Source: a virus
Direction: 5' to 3' (one strand)
IMG/VR virus record: IMGVR_UViG_3300028948_000703
Location: 52,273 to 116,272 of that record
DNA: 64,000 bases
The position numbers and the translations under genes were made by a program. Below the pieces are notes generated by a model. The model searched no databases. It was not told the origin of the DNA and worked only from the letters and a program-made list of their open reading frames with translations. Below are positions 8,110-18,474 of the stretch, piece by piece; the stretch's first letter is position 1; every line of letters begins with the position of its first letter.

Positions 8110-8814
8110 ATGAGAATACAAGAATTGCTAGAAGCTAAACCATTATCAAATGGGTATGATGTTGAACACTATGGTGTTTGGACAGTAGAAATGAGTCAAC
8201 ATCCAGTTAGAATGCCTGCTATTACCGGTAATACTGCACAATATGTAGCCAAGGTTACACACAAACGCACTGGAAAAATTGAAATAGCTGCAGGATCAAG
8301 CCAAAGTGAAGCTAGAGAACGTGCATTAGGTTTAGCCACAGGAGTTAAGGCTGATGATCCTACATATGATGCCGGCCAATACGATGCATTTACAATTGAT
8401 TTCAATGCGGCCTTTACACGAGAGTATTGGAATAAAAACAGCAGTTCCTGGTATAGATTTTCTCATGAAGGTGATCAAATTTTACTAATAAGGGCCAGTC
8501 AAAATTATGCTCAGGAATTTGGTGAGGAGCTGAGAGAGCTGGGATTCTCCCGTGCTATAATACGTACTCAACATCGTGGTATTGAGTTAGCAACTCCGCA
8601 CCTTGGATTTAGTCTGGGTGCACAGCAGTTTCGTCGCACGGGGTTATCAATTAAAACACGTTACATGGTAAAATTTGAATATCTTGACAGCGATAAAAAT
8701 GAAGTATTTTCAACGATGGTTCACAGCAGAGTTCAAGGAATTGAAGGTCCGGGAAAACCAGAACTATTAAAATTTCCTGCATTTTCTACCAGTGGTAGTT
8801 ATAAAAATCTATAA
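8110..8814 (+). CDS. putative virion internal/head protein
   Basis: GATAAATA late-type motif upstream; N-terminal MRIQELLE leader. Confidence 0.6.
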   Translation: MRIQELLEAKPLSNGYDVEHYGVWTVEMSQHPVRMPAITGNTAQYVAKVTHKRTGKIEIAAGSSQSEARERALGLATGVKADDPTYDAGQYDAFTIDFNAAFTREYWNKNSSSWYRFSHEGDQILLIRASQNYAQEFGEELRELGFSRAIIRTQHRGIELATPHLGFSLGAQQFRRTGLSIKTRYMVKFEYLDSDKNEVFSTMVHSRVQGIEGPGKPELLKFPAFSTSGSYKNL

Positions 8815-8863
8815 TTTTTTAAATCTCTTTACAATTATATATTGTCTATGCTAACATAGAAAA

Positions 8864-9085
8864 ATGCACAAGTATGAATTCAGACCTAGTAAACTAACCT
8901 ATTATCCATATCTCTGTGTGCCCATTCGATCAAGAATGGAAGAAAATGATGTTCAGCATGCATGGTGTCAACGTATGTTTGGTTCAGAAGGTACTAGAAA
9001 TTTAGGAAAATGGTACGGGGGTCTTCTGGGTTTTTATTTTTCCAGCCGTGAAGATGCAGTACAGTTTATGTTAGTCTGGGGCTAG
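8864..9085 (+). CDS. small paralog-family protein
   Basis: FYFSSREDAVQFMLVWG; probably leaderless after TTTACA..TAACAT. Confidence 0.7.
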   Translation: MHKYEFRPSKLTYYPYLCVPIRSRMEENDVQHAWCQRMFGSEGTRNLGKWYGGLLGFYFSSREDAVQFMLVWG

Positions 9086-10488
9086 TACCCTTGAATTTTT
9101 GTAATTTGACTGTCAATTCTGGAGAAATACTCTTCAACATTGGATCTGGCTTGTGCGTAGTTCATGGGCTGTTGATCATGATTCATCACAGCAATAGCAC
9201 TGTTGCCTGCCATGGGTATGTTTTTAACACCGACTAAATTACCAAGATATTGATTTAACAGTGCTGCGATATTTTTTAGAGTCGTGTTATAGTAGTAATT
9301 GTTGATCATATCACCAGAGCCTTTGTTAAACCAGCCATCTGATCCAATACCCCAGAACGGATACCATTGACCCGCAGCAACATCTGCTTTGCCTCCGCGA
9401 CCAGTACTGCAGTAAAAAGGTACAGTATGCCCATTTAAGTTTACCACTACAATTGGTCGTTGTTCCAGATTGACTATAAATGTTTTACCGCCGTTTACTG
9501 TGGGCATTAGTACAAGACTGACGTGATCAATTAGTTTAGTGAGTTTTGCAGCTAGAGCACGTTGTTCTGCGGATAGTTCTTCATATAAAGATTCATCAGA
9601 TGCGAAACGATCGTCTAGCCATTTGTTATTAACAAGAGCATACATTTTTCCTGTAATATTTTGTCTATCATCTGTCCACAGTATAAAATCATCTGGTAAT
9701 GAATCTAAATCTTCTGAAAAATCTGAATAGCCACTGGCAATATTATTATTAATCATCCACGGGACTAGTTTATTATACAATTTAATTCTACTAGAATCCT
9801 TGTCATTTGCTATAAATGCTATAATAGACGGTTTCTTTCCAGAGATAAATTGTTTCATTGCAGATACAAATGTTGAAAATATCTTGATAGAATCACCTTT
9901 GCCTGTGATATCTTGCTGGTCGTCTACATAAAAATTTACCAATGCATATCTAATTTCTGGATCCCACTCAAACTCAATTTTAAATATTCTATTATCATCT
10001 AATACAATTTGCTTTGAAAATTGTTCGCTTCCTTGAGAAACTTTCCATCTTTTTGGCAAAGTATATGGTTTATTAAATATTTCATTTATAAATGAATCTT
10101 CTTGCGCATTCTTTCGACCACGACGCATGTTTAATTGCCAACGTGCCAGTTGACCTTTACGGCCTTTAGCTTTTGCTGCTTTTTCTAGCTGTGCTATCGT
10201 GGCATTTTTTAGAATACCATGACGTTGACTGTCTCCCGGTCGTCCTGGTCCTCGACCATCTGCAAAGTTTTCGTCTATGGATTTATTTTTATTGCGTATA
10301 TCTTTTAACTGTTGTTTTAATCTGTGTAATTCACCAGCATTGCTTTCGGTACCTGATAATTTACGATCATAGAGTATTTGCCTGATACGTGTTAAAATTT
10401 GTTTTTCTGTGGTGTATGTATATGAACTATCTTCTTGAATGTTGTCAAGTATATAAGAAGATTCAGAAATAATGTCCGCAATTTTCAT
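9082..10488 (-). CDS. multi-domain putative virion internal protein
   Basis: MKIADIISES leader; modules separated by xxE-type sites (IDEN, INE, LYEE); ENFADG..PGRPG module. Confidence 0.6.
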   Translation of the reverse strand: MKIADIISESSYILDNIQEDSSYTYTTEKQILTRIRQILYDRKLSGTESNAGELHRLKQQLKDIRNKNKSIDENFADGRGPGRPGDSQRHGILKNATIAQLEKAAKAKGRKGQLARWQLNMRRGRKNAQEDSFINEIFNKPYTLPKRWKVSQGSEQFSKQIVLDDNRIFKIEFEWDPEIRYALVNFYVDDQQDITGKGDSIKIFSTFVSAMKQFISGKKPSIIAFIANDKDSSRIKLYNKLVPWMINNNIASGYSDFSEDLDSLPDDFILWTDDRQNITGKMYALVNNKWLDDRFASDESLYEELSAEQRALAAKLTKLIDHVSLVLMPTVNGGKTFIVNLEQRPIVVVNLNGHTVPFYCSTGRGGKADVAAGQWYPFWGIGSDGWFNKGSGDMINNYYYNTTLKNIAALLNQYLGNLVGVKNIPMAGNSAIAVMNHDQQPMNYAQARSNVEEYFSRIDSQITKIQGY

Positions 10489-10503
10489 TTTTGTTAAATC
10501 TTT

Positions 10504-11532
10504 TTATGTTTGAGTAGGCGGAGGAGTTTCAGTTGCCGGTGGTGTTTCGTTTTCTGGTTTCTTAGTTGCAGGTCTCTTTTTATCTGTCCAATAATCTGAT
10601 AGCCTGTTTAATTTCTGTATTTCTGCTTCAACATCGTAGATTTTTTTCTCAATTCCAGATTCTTCTCGAGGAGCTTCAATATCGTTTTTATGTGCACGAA
10701 GTCCTGCTACAAGATCAGTGTATAGATAAGGAAATCTTTCTTTAATTTGTTCCGCTGAAACTTGCATATCTAGAGGATTTTTAAACTGATTACTTGCTGC
10801 ATCAAATTGAAACTTTTCTGGTAGTTCTTTTTGTGGTTTACCAAATGCATCTGTTCCTGTATAACTACGTTGTTCAGCTGGGACCATTCCAAAAATTGCA
10901 CCAGCTTTACTGTACCTTTCCCAGTTTCCTGGATCTGTGCTACTAGCAGTGCAAAATGTTGCTCCTTTGCCAAATGCGCAAGCAGCTCCGCGATTTTGTA
11001 ATAACCATATTTTATAATCTGGATTATCAACAACCAATATACTTCTTTTATTTTTAATTATAGCATTAAGTACTGCATCTTTTCTTAGATCTTTTAGAAT
11101 ATTGTCATAATGTGTTACAAGATAACGATGTAAATTTTTAACTCCATTGTACTGAGTTAGTTCTTTGTGATTAGAGTCTAATAGATTACGATTTCTCAAT
11201 AACATAAAGTCTCTAATAGTTTCAGGATATTCACCGGTGATATCTTCCCAGAGATCATTACCGTTAGCATAGCATTTAGCTAGCCACATATGATTTTTAC
11301 CATCTCTTACCGATATAATACCATGTACGCCTTCTGCTTCAATTCTATCAAGTTCTTTTACAAACCATGTTGCAAGATCAAGATCTGTTTTAGTACGATC
11401 TCTACGTATGTTTACAGGAACTGTACGATCAAACCGTACGTGATCGGCTATACGAGAAACTAGCTGTTTATTAGCTAGTACATTTCGAGCACCTGCTGTG
11501 TCTTCTGTGAGGATTACTTCTAATATACGCAT
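10504..11532 (-). CDS. putative virion internal protein
   Basis: MRILEVILTE leader; AACAFGKGATFCTA...KFQFD motif. Confidence 0.6.
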   Translation of the reverse strand: MRILEVILTEDTAGARNVLANKQLVSRIADHVRFDRTVPVNIRRDRTKTDLDLATWFVKELDRIEAEGVHGIISVRDGKNHMWLAKCYANGNDLWEDITGEYPETIRDFMLLRNRNLLDSNHKELTQYNGVKNLHRYLVTHYDNILKDLRKDAVLNAIIKNKRSILVVDNPDYKIWLLQNRGAACAFGKGATFCTASSTDPGNWERYSKAGAIFGMVPAEQRSYTGTDAFGKPQKELPEKFQFDAASNQFKNPLDMQVSAEQIKERFPYLYTDLVAGLRAHKNDIEAPREESGIEKKIYDVEAEIQKLNRLSDYWTDKKRPATKKPENETPPATETPPPTQT

Positions 11533-11538
11533 TTGATA

Positions 11539-13992
11539 TTAATACCATATGTTAAATTGGTCGCTATCATCTATCTTATCAAGGAAATTATACATAAACT
11601 CCTTCATTGCCGACGGTTTGCGTTGCATTAGATCTTTAACAACTTCTTCTTTATCTTTAGGTGTTGTATAACTATCAACTGTTTGATTTGCAATAGTTGT
11701 TAATTTGCGTAGAGGAGTTGTTGCCCAATTTGGTTTTGATGTATCCAACGCAATTTGCATCTGATCAATCTTATCCATTTTGTTTAAAAGATTTTGAGCT
11801 TCTTTGCGATTACCGCCTTCAGTATATCTCATAGCCATTTTCTGCATTTCGCCCATTTTTCTCTGTAACATTTTAACAAGTAACGGACTTAGCTGTTGAG
11901 CAATATCGCGTCCTGGTTCTTTAGTAACAAATTTACCTGGAGTAAATGGTGGAGTTTCTTTTCTCTTTGTGGCAATTTCTCTTTCTGTGCCTCCAGGTAT
12001 TCTTTCGCCTGGCACAGTAGTAGATTGAATCCATTTTTGCGCTTGTGGATCCCATACTCTCACAGGTTTTCCAGTTGTGGCAACAATCTCTCCTTTTTCA
12101 GGATCACTAATATATTCGCCCTTACCAGGAATTTTTCCTGCTTGGTATTTGCCAATCCATGCTTTAGCAGCATCACCTTTTAGTCCGCCTGCTCTTGAAG
12201 TTGACACATATAGCTCTAAATCTGATCCCTTTATGTCGCGACCAATTGCACTCTTTAATAGATCAAAGAAGTTTTGTGTTAGTTCTGGTGTATACGGTCT
12301 ACCAGCTCTAGTCATTGTGACTACGGTTGCAGGAGCCATTGGATTTAGATTACCACGACGTCTTGCAGCAGAGTTATCAACTTTAACTACTGGTTTTTCA
12401 TATGTTTTATTTGGATTTTTAGGATGAGGAACGGTTTCAGTTTTAACTTTTTCTTTTCCTGTAGCTGGATCAATTTCTGTTTCATATTCATCGGGTATTA
12501 GCATATTATCAACACGCATACCTTCGCTGAATGCAACTACTTGATATTGAAGTTTTGTATCACGCTCTGGGTTATAAGATTTACCTCTTTCCTGTGCGGA
12601 TTTTATTTTTGCAGTAAAGTCTTTGAGATCTGGACGAACTGCTGCAACTCCACGAGGACCTTTGATTACCATGAAATGATCTGGGCTAGCTTTGAATAGC
12701 ATCATATAAATACGATCTGCAGTTTTAGCTATTTGATCCCATTCGGCTGTTGCACTAACGTTATCGTATTTGTGCAACCATTTAGCCAGTGCTCTAGCAC
12801 TTTCTGCAGCAGTTACATCAGCTGCAGTTGGTTCTTTCCATTCTTTACCACGACGTTGTGCAGCAGCCTTTCCTTTACCAGTTAAACTAGCACGACGAGC
12901 TTTTGCAGCTTCATCATCTTCTGCTTCTCCATCTTTTGCTGCCCAATAACGATAACCTGTAGGATCAAGTATGTTTAAAAGTGTGCTACGTTCAAATAGG
13001 TAATTTTCTACTAATTTTGTAGCATAATTCTTTGTAGAATTTTTTAAATTATTATGTTCTTCAACTAAAACCGATTCGGTTAATATAGTTAAACCTGCTA
13101 GTTGTTTAATTCTAGCTAAATCTGCATTATTTTCAAGCAATGGTTTTTTGGTCATTATAGCCTCTCTTAGTAATTTCTTTGGTGCTCCGTAGTCGTCGTA
13201 TTCATCTTCGTCAGATGTAATTGCAGATTGTGTATTGTTATTCACAGCATCTGCTTCTGGATAAGCATAGATATAGTATCCGGCAAAATCTTTAACCACA
13301 TGAAAACGTGTGTCGCCGGTTCTAAATTCTATAATTTCTGGAGTGTATCCTGGCATAATTTGGCCGAAATCAATGTCAACTTGTCCAAGATTTTCTGCAT
13401 TTTGTTTTAGCCAACCTAAAACTGAATTAACTTCTAAACTAGTGTTTGGCCCTCGGTTGTTAACATTTGCAATAGTTACAATATCTTCTTGAGGAGTTTT
13501 TGTGAACATTTGAAACAGTTGTCTTCCCATGGCTCTTATAGGACCTTGTAACCATCCTGGTAATGTAGATATTGTGTGCCAATTTGGAGATATTCTCTCA
13601 TCGGCTAATAAGTCCCCTGTGACTCTAGCAATATCTGATCTAACTGTTACAGGAAGTGTGTTAATTACAGCTGGTAAATTTTCATAATTTACTGGACGAG
13701 TGTTAGCTAGTCCTGCTCGACGAGCTGCTTCTTCGTCGCTGATTTCATCGTCGCCGACACCTTGTAATCTACTCATCATATCACGCATTTGATCGGTAGA
13801 TGTCATTCCTCGTAGAGCAGACCGAGTTTGATCTGCTGTGGCTCTTTTGAGTTCTGGTTCAACTGGGCGATTTGATGGTATATCTGTAGCACTGCTAGCA
13901 GTAACAACAGGTTGATCAACACGTGGAGAAATTAAGTCGTCAAATGTAGAGTCTGTGGGTTTTGTTATTGTTGGGCGATTAACCGGCGGCAT
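11539..13992 (-). CDS. large hypothetical (putative virion) protein
   Basis: 817-aa ORF, AGGAG RBS, late motif upstream; LARIKQLAGL motif. Confidence 0.7.
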   Translation of the reverse strand: MPPVNRPTITKPTDSTFDDLISPRVDQPVVTASSATDIPSNRPVEPELKRATADQTRSALRGMTSTDQMRDMMSRLQGVGDDEISDEEAARRAGLANTRPVNYENLPAVINTLPVTVRSDIARVTGDLLADERISPNWHTISTLPGWLQGPIRAMGRQLFQMFTKTPQEDIVTIANVNNRGPNTSLEVNSVLGWLKQNAENLGQVDIDFGQIMPGYTPEIIEFRTGDTRFHVVKDFAGYYIYAYPEADAVNNNTQSAITSDEDEYDDYGAPKKLLREAIMTKKPLLENNADLARIKQLAGLTILTESVLVEEHNNLKNSTKNYATKLVENYLFERSTLLNILDPTGYRYWAAKDGEAEDDEAAKARRASLTGKGKAAAQRRGKEWKEPTAADVTAAESARALAKWLHKYDNVSATAEWDQIAKTADRIYMMLFKASPDHFMVIKGPRGVAAVRPDLKDFTAKIKSAQERGKSYNPERDTKLQYQVVAFSEGMRVDNMLIPDEYETEIDPATGKEKVKTETVPHPKNPNKTYEKPVVKVDNSAARRRGNLNPMAPATVVTMTRAGRPYTPELTQNFFDLLKSAIGRDIKGSDLELYVSTSRAGGLKGDAAKAWIGKYQAGKIPGKGEYISDPEKGEIVATTGKPVRVWDPQAQKWIQSTTVPGERIPGGTEREIATKRKETPPFTPGKFVTKEPGRDIAQQLSPLLVKMLQRKMGEMQKMAMRYTEGGNRKEAQNLLNKMDKIDQMQIALDTSKPNWATTPLRKLTTIANQTVDSYTTPKDKEEVVKDLMQRKPSAMKEFMYNFLDKIDDSDQFNIWY

Positions 13993-14070
13993 TATAAACT
14001 CCTAAAAATCTAAGCTATTTATTTATCAATACAGCCAATTAATTTTAAAGTTTATAAAACACCATGCCAT

Positions 14071-14099
14071 AAAAAAAGGGCGAATAAATCGCCCTTTTT
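14071..14099 (-). terminator. intrinsic (bidirectional) terminator
   Basis: AAAAGGGCGA-ATAAA-TCGCCCTTTT. Confidence 0.8.
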
Positions 14100-14119
14100 A
14101 TTAATATGTTTACGTTTAA

Positions 14120-15079
14120 TTAACGTAGAACAATTTCTACGCGACGGTTCTGTGCTTCACGAACGTTAGCACCAGTCTTAACCATAAGACCCTGTTCGCC
14201 TTTGCCAACTACAGTAATAACGTTAGCTGGTACACCTTCTGTAACTAGTGCGCTTTTAACTGCATTAGCACGACGAAGGCTCAATGCCATGTTATAGCTT
14301 TCTGGTCCGCTGGTATCAGTATGACCTGTAGCAGTGATACTAGCACTTCCAGTAGACTTGTATGCACTAGCAGCTTGCTTTACAACATTCATTGCCTGTG
14401 AAGTTAGATTGCTCTTATCCCAGTCAAAGAATACCATAAAACTAGCTGGTGCAACTGGTGCAGCAACTGGTGCAGCAACTGGTGCAGGAGAAGTAAACTT
14501 GTATGTTAGACCAAGCATAACTGTCCAGTTATTGTTATTCCAATTCTGACCATTTACGTATGGATTGGTTGTTCCATAATAGCGACCGTCGAGGTTAACA
14601 CGAAGGTTGTCAGTTGCCTTATATCCTAGACCTGCAATGCCCTGATATGCAAGTGCAGTGCTTCCTAGGCTAGTGTTACCGTCAACAAATGCAACACCTA
14701 GACCTGCACCTAGGTATGGTGTAAAGCGACTGTTTGGCATAAAGTCATAGAGACCATTTACCATTAATGCTAGCTGACCAACCTGGTTGTTAACTGCAGT
14801 GCCTGGTAGACCAACATTAGTTGGATTCCAACGATAAACAGCCTCAAGCTCGACACGAGGACCAACGAAGTCATAACCTACAACTCCGCCTACTGCATAG
14901 CCCATTCCAGGAGTTACACCAATCTGTGGGAAAGCAGGTGCATTTGTATTTGCTGTAAAATTGCTTAGCCAGTTTAGTCCACCTTCGGCACCAATATAAA
15001 ATCCAGTGCTTTCAGTCTGTGCAACAGCAGGAGCAGCAAATGCAACTGCTAGCACAGTTGCTAGTAATGTTTTCTTCAT
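14120..15079 (-). CDS. ompA: OmpA-family outer membrane protein (beta-barrel + peptidoglycan-binding domain)
   Basis: signal peptide, barrel strands (TPYLGAGLG), PAPVAAP linker, GHTD..YNMALSLRRANAV..NRRVEI. Confidence 0.92.
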   Translation of the reverse strand: MKKTLLATVLAVAFAAPAVAQTESTGFYIGAEGGLNWLSNFTANTNAPAFPQIGVTPGMGYAVGGVVGYDFVGPRVELEAVYRWNPTNVGLPGTAVNNQVGQLALMVNGLYDFMPNSRFTPYLGAGLGVAFVDGNTSLGSTALAYQGIAGLGYKATDNLRVNLDGRYYGTTNPYVNGQNWNNNNWTVMLGLTYKFTSPAPVAAPVAAPVAPASFMVFFDWDKSNLTSQAMNVVKQAASAYKSTGSASITATGHTDTSGPESYNMALSLRRANAVKSALVTEGVPANVITVVGKGEQGLMVKTGANVREAQNRRVEIVLR

Positions 15080-15290
15080 TTAATCTTCCTTTCATTTGAA
15101 GTATATAAGAAATTCTAAAACATAACGTTATTAGAAGGTTTGTTATCAAACAAACTCATGTATTATATATACACTATATACCATTAATATGCTAGATGGC
15201 AACGTAAGTTGAAATATGAGTGTTGCATTTATGCAGCAACACCAATACCTATAAGTTGACATACCAAGATATTATAGTAAATATGTAAAG

Positions 15291-15443
15291 ATGAAAACAC
15301 TTTGGTCGATATTAATAGTTGCTATTTTAATATGTTTAATTTTATTTCCACTTAAATCAATTGCCGCAGTGATTCTAATTGGCAGCGGAATGTTAGTACT
15401 TGTTCTTTTTGTATTTGTACTTTTATTTTCAATATTTGATTAA
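15291..15443 (+). CDS. small hydrophobic membrane peptide (50 aa)
   Basis: MKTLWSILIVAILICLILFPLKSIAAVILIGSGMLVLVLFVFVLLFSIFD; TTGACA promoter upstream. Confidence 0.5.
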   Translation: MKTLWSILIVAILICLILFPLKSIAAVILIGSGMLVLVLFVFVLLFSIFD

Positions 15444-15447
15444 AAAA

Positions 15448-15671
15448 TATACATGTGGTGATTTTGCAGTGCCGAGTTCCTTTGTGAACCAATGACATCA
15501 AACAGTTTGCCAAACCTACGTCAAAGTAGTCATTATTTCAGACCTGCGCTTTTTCCTAATCACCTCAGGGAAGAGACTTAAGACGGACACTCTACTCTAT
15601 ACATACTGTGTGTATGGTCTTTCCTCGCATCACCGGCTTCTTCCTTACCGCGCTGGATTTTAACATGTATA
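15448..15671. ncRNA. candidate structured ncRNA (~225 nt), probably minus strand
   Basis: closing stem TATACATGT/ACATGTATA; GC-richer than flanks; internal pairings; no ORF. Confidence 0.5.
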
Positions 15672-15750
15672 CTTTTATATTTTATATAATTGACATCTAA
15701 AAAACCACAGCATTCTTTAAACGTCAACTATATTGTTAACAACTATAACA

Positions 15751-16875
15751 CTATTTGCTTGCGTGTCTATCGATAAATGCAGGTGCCCACGGTAACCCAA
15801 ATGCTGTTGCAACTTCTTGATTTACCACATTTTGGCTCCAGATATTAAGTCCATTTCTTAGACCATCATGATTCCACATGGTTCTTTCTAGCCCATTATC
15901 TGCTAGAATTTTAATATAAGGCAGTGTTGCATTATTCAGTGCATACGTTGCTGTTTTAGCTACAGACCCAGGCATATTTGTAACGCAGTAATGTAGAACA
16001 TCGTGTGTATAGTAAGTAGGTTTAGAATGATTAGTTGGCAAACTAGTTTCTATACAGCCTCCTTGATCAATGGCAATGTCAACAATAACAGACTTTGGAG
16101 TCATTGACTTAACTATGTCTTCTGTGACTAATTTTGGTGCTACTGCACCTGGAATCAAAACTGCACCAATTAATAAATCTGCTGATTCCACAGCAGTTGT
16201 TATGTTCTTCCTGGTAGAATAAACAGTTTTAATTCTTGAACCATATAGAGAATCTAATAGGTTTAATTTTTCAAGATTTTTATCTATTACTGTAACCTGT
16301 GCACCCATACCTACTGCAATTTTTAAAGCATTGCTACCTGCTACCCCAGCTCCTAAGATTACAACATTAGCTGGTTCAATACCTGGAACGCCGCTTAAAA
16401 GTATTCCTTTACCGCCGTTGTTTTTTTCGAGGAAATGTGCACCTACCTGCACAGACATTCGTCCGGCAATAGCACTCATAGGTGCTAGAAGAGGCAATAG
16501 TCCTGCTGTGTCTGTAACTGTTTCATATGCTACACAACTGACTCCTGAATTTAAAAGATGCATGGTTTTTTCACGATCGGCTGCTAAGTGCAAATAGGTA
16601 AAAACAATCTGTCCGGGTTTTAATTTATCAATTTCTTCCCATTGTGGTTCTTTAACTTTTACAATCATTTCTGATACATCAAATATGTCTTCACTTCTTT
16701 TTAAGATTGTTGCACCAGCTTGAATGTATTCTCGATCGTCGATTCCAATGTTAGCACCTGCATTGGTTTCTATATAAACGTCGTGTCCGCTATTAACTAG
16801 TTCAGCAACGCTTCCGGGTACTAAACCAACTCTAAATTCTTTTATTTTGATTTCTTTTGGAACGCCAATACGCAT
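15751..16875 (-). CDS. ald: alanine dehydrogenase
   Basis: MRIGVPKEIK..EFRVGL, KVKEP, FTYLHLA, GAGVAG Rossmann motif, DIAIDQGGC, HYCVTNMPG. Confidence 0.95.
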   Translation of the reverse strand: MRIGVPKEIKIKEFRVGLVPGSVAELVNSGHDVYIETNAGANIGIDDREYIQAGATILKRSEDIFDVSEMIVKVKEPQWEEIDKLKPGQIVFTYLHLAADREKTMHLLNSGVSCVAYETVTDTAGLLPLLAPMSAIAGRMSVQVGAHFLEKNNGGKGILLSGVPGIEPANVVILGAGVAGSNALKIAVGMGAQVTVIDKNLEKLNLLDSLYGSRIKTVYSTRKNITTAVESADLLIGAVLIPGAVAPKLVTEDIVKSMTPKSVIVDIAIDQGGCIETSLPTNHSKPTYYTHDVLHYCVTNMPGSVAKTATYALNNATLPYIKILADNGLERTMWNHDGLRNGLNIWSQNVVNQEVATAFGLPWAPAFIDRHASK

Positions 16876-16942
16876 ACTATTCGTCTCCTATATAACCATT
16901 TAATTAAAATATAAAAAAACGAAAAAGTATATTTTTGATCAC

Positions 16943-16974
16943 AAAAAAAGCGTAGTAAAAACTACGCTATTTTT
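16943..16974 (-). terminator. intrinsic terminator after the GOLLD-like RNA
   Basis: AGCGTAGT-AAAA-ACTACGCT with T-run on the minus strand. Confidence 0.75.
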
Positions 16975-16977
16975 AAA

Positions 16978-17830
16978 AGCTCTGAGATTACAAGCTTAGC
17001 ATTAGTACCTCGGAGATTATATTCAACCTTGCGAGTCGTTTTCCTCCGACATCCACAATCCCGGCGACGCAGCGCACTATTGGAACTGTCTACTAACAAT
17101 GTCGCCTTTTTTAAGGTCAGGCAGTAGACCTTTCATGTAATGCTACTCTACAACTTCTAATCCGTTAGCCTTGCGAGCTATTCAGGAGCGCTAACCCCTT
17201 ACGACTCTTCCGTTATAAACCAACTCCGCCTTGCGAGCTTTGCTGGACTTGATTCCCTTGCGGGTCAAGCTTTAGACATCTTTCACACTACACAGGGCCA
17301 GGCTTTGCTTTTTGTAATCGAAAGTTGGAATCGAACCAACATACGACTGCTTAAAATGCAGTTGCCTAAACCGTTCGGCTATATCGTGTAACCTACTGTG
17401 ATGTGCTAGCCCAGTTGCTCAGTATCTTGTTAGATACCAAATACAACACACCACCTGTATTTCGTCTTGCGGACTACTATACCGTTTACCTGGACACTGT
17501 CTGATCTTACGAACCAGCCAATCCCCTCAAAACTGCCAACCGCCCTTAGTTGCAACACCTTGGACTAATTGACTATCCGTTGTCTATCAGCATTTGGTTG
17601 GTTTGCATGTAAAGGTGATACTTGCGGTATCTTGCTCCTCACCGATTGGCTCTGGAACACATCCTTTCGGACCTTTACCCAACCGTCCTGCTTACCACCC
17701 TTTAGTGGATGGCCCCTTTCGGAGCAGACCGGACCTGTATAGTTGGACCTATTGCTAGGTGCTGGTATGTAGGCTTTCCAGCTTTGGCTCAGTTGCCTGA
17801 CTTATCCTTTATTGACGCTATACCGCCAAT
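16978..17830 (-). ncRNA. GOLLD-like giant structured ncRNA (~850 nt)
   Basis: ORF-free; many GNRA-capped hairpins (CGCAAG, CGAAAG, CGTAAG); internal tRNA-like element; upstream promoter and downstream terminator; size and embedded tRNA fit GOLLD. Confidence 0.75.
17316..17388 (-). tRNA. degenerate tRNA-Lys(UUU)-like element inside the large ncRNA
   Basis: D-arm GCCG..AGGC, anticodon arm ACTGC-ATTTTAA-GCAGT, T-arm GTTGG-TTCGATT-CCAAC; acceptor stem has three mismatches. Confidence 0.55.
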
Positions 17831-17938
17831 GCTTTATTTTTAACTACTTACTGCACATTTTGCTTTTGCTTGTGTGCAGCTTCTATTTTCTTAATATACT
17901 GTTTTTATTTTTAAATGCAAGAGCAAAAATAGATTATT

Positions 17939-18370
17939 TTACAAATTTTTAATAATTTCGCTAGCCATTTTTCCGTCGTACTGTCCTGAATAGGTATTTT
18001 TTAAATAAGCCATTGCTTGTCCTATTGCGCGTGGACCCGAAAGATTATTAGTAGCTAAAAACTCTTTTAGAATAGTTTCTAACGAATTTTTATCTAATTG
18101 GCTCGGCAAATACTTGTTAAGTATTTCAACTTCAGACTGTTGTGTTAGATCATTTTGATTTCTTTCCTTTAACAATCTGGAAGTTTCTGTAGCATTTGCT
18201 ATAAACTTTTTCACAGTGGCTATTACTTCCTCGTCAGTACTTGGACCGTTTCGTTTATCTTTTCCAACTTTACTGGCTTCGGAATACAGTGTTATTAAAA
18301 GATTTTTAGTAACCGTATCTGAGTTTTGTCTAGCCAACATCATGTCGGCATGAATTTGATTAATTAACAT
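17939..18370 (-). CDS. GatB/YqeY domain protein
   Basis: TDEEVIATVKK...EVEILNKYLPSQL...IGQAMAYLK...DGKMASEIIK. Confidence 0.85.
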   Translation of the reverse strand: MLINQIHADMMLARQNSDTVTKNLLITLYSEASKVGKDKRNGPSTDEEVIATVKKFIANATETSRLLKERNQNDLTQQSEVEILNKYLPSQLDKNSLETILKEFLATNNLSGPRAIGQAMAYLKNTYSGQYDGKMASEIIKNL

Positions 18371-18474
18371 ATTTTATATGTAACTATTCACGGTCTATAA
18401 GTCAATAGTATATTTAAAAATATTGCTACCAACAGTGCTGCAGTGGCATAAAAGTTAATAGCTATGAGGAATCA

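Noticed and set aside
15448-15671. RNase P RNA
   Set aside because: GAGGAAAGACC and GAACTCGGC resemble conserved regions I and V, but they cannot form the P4 helix.
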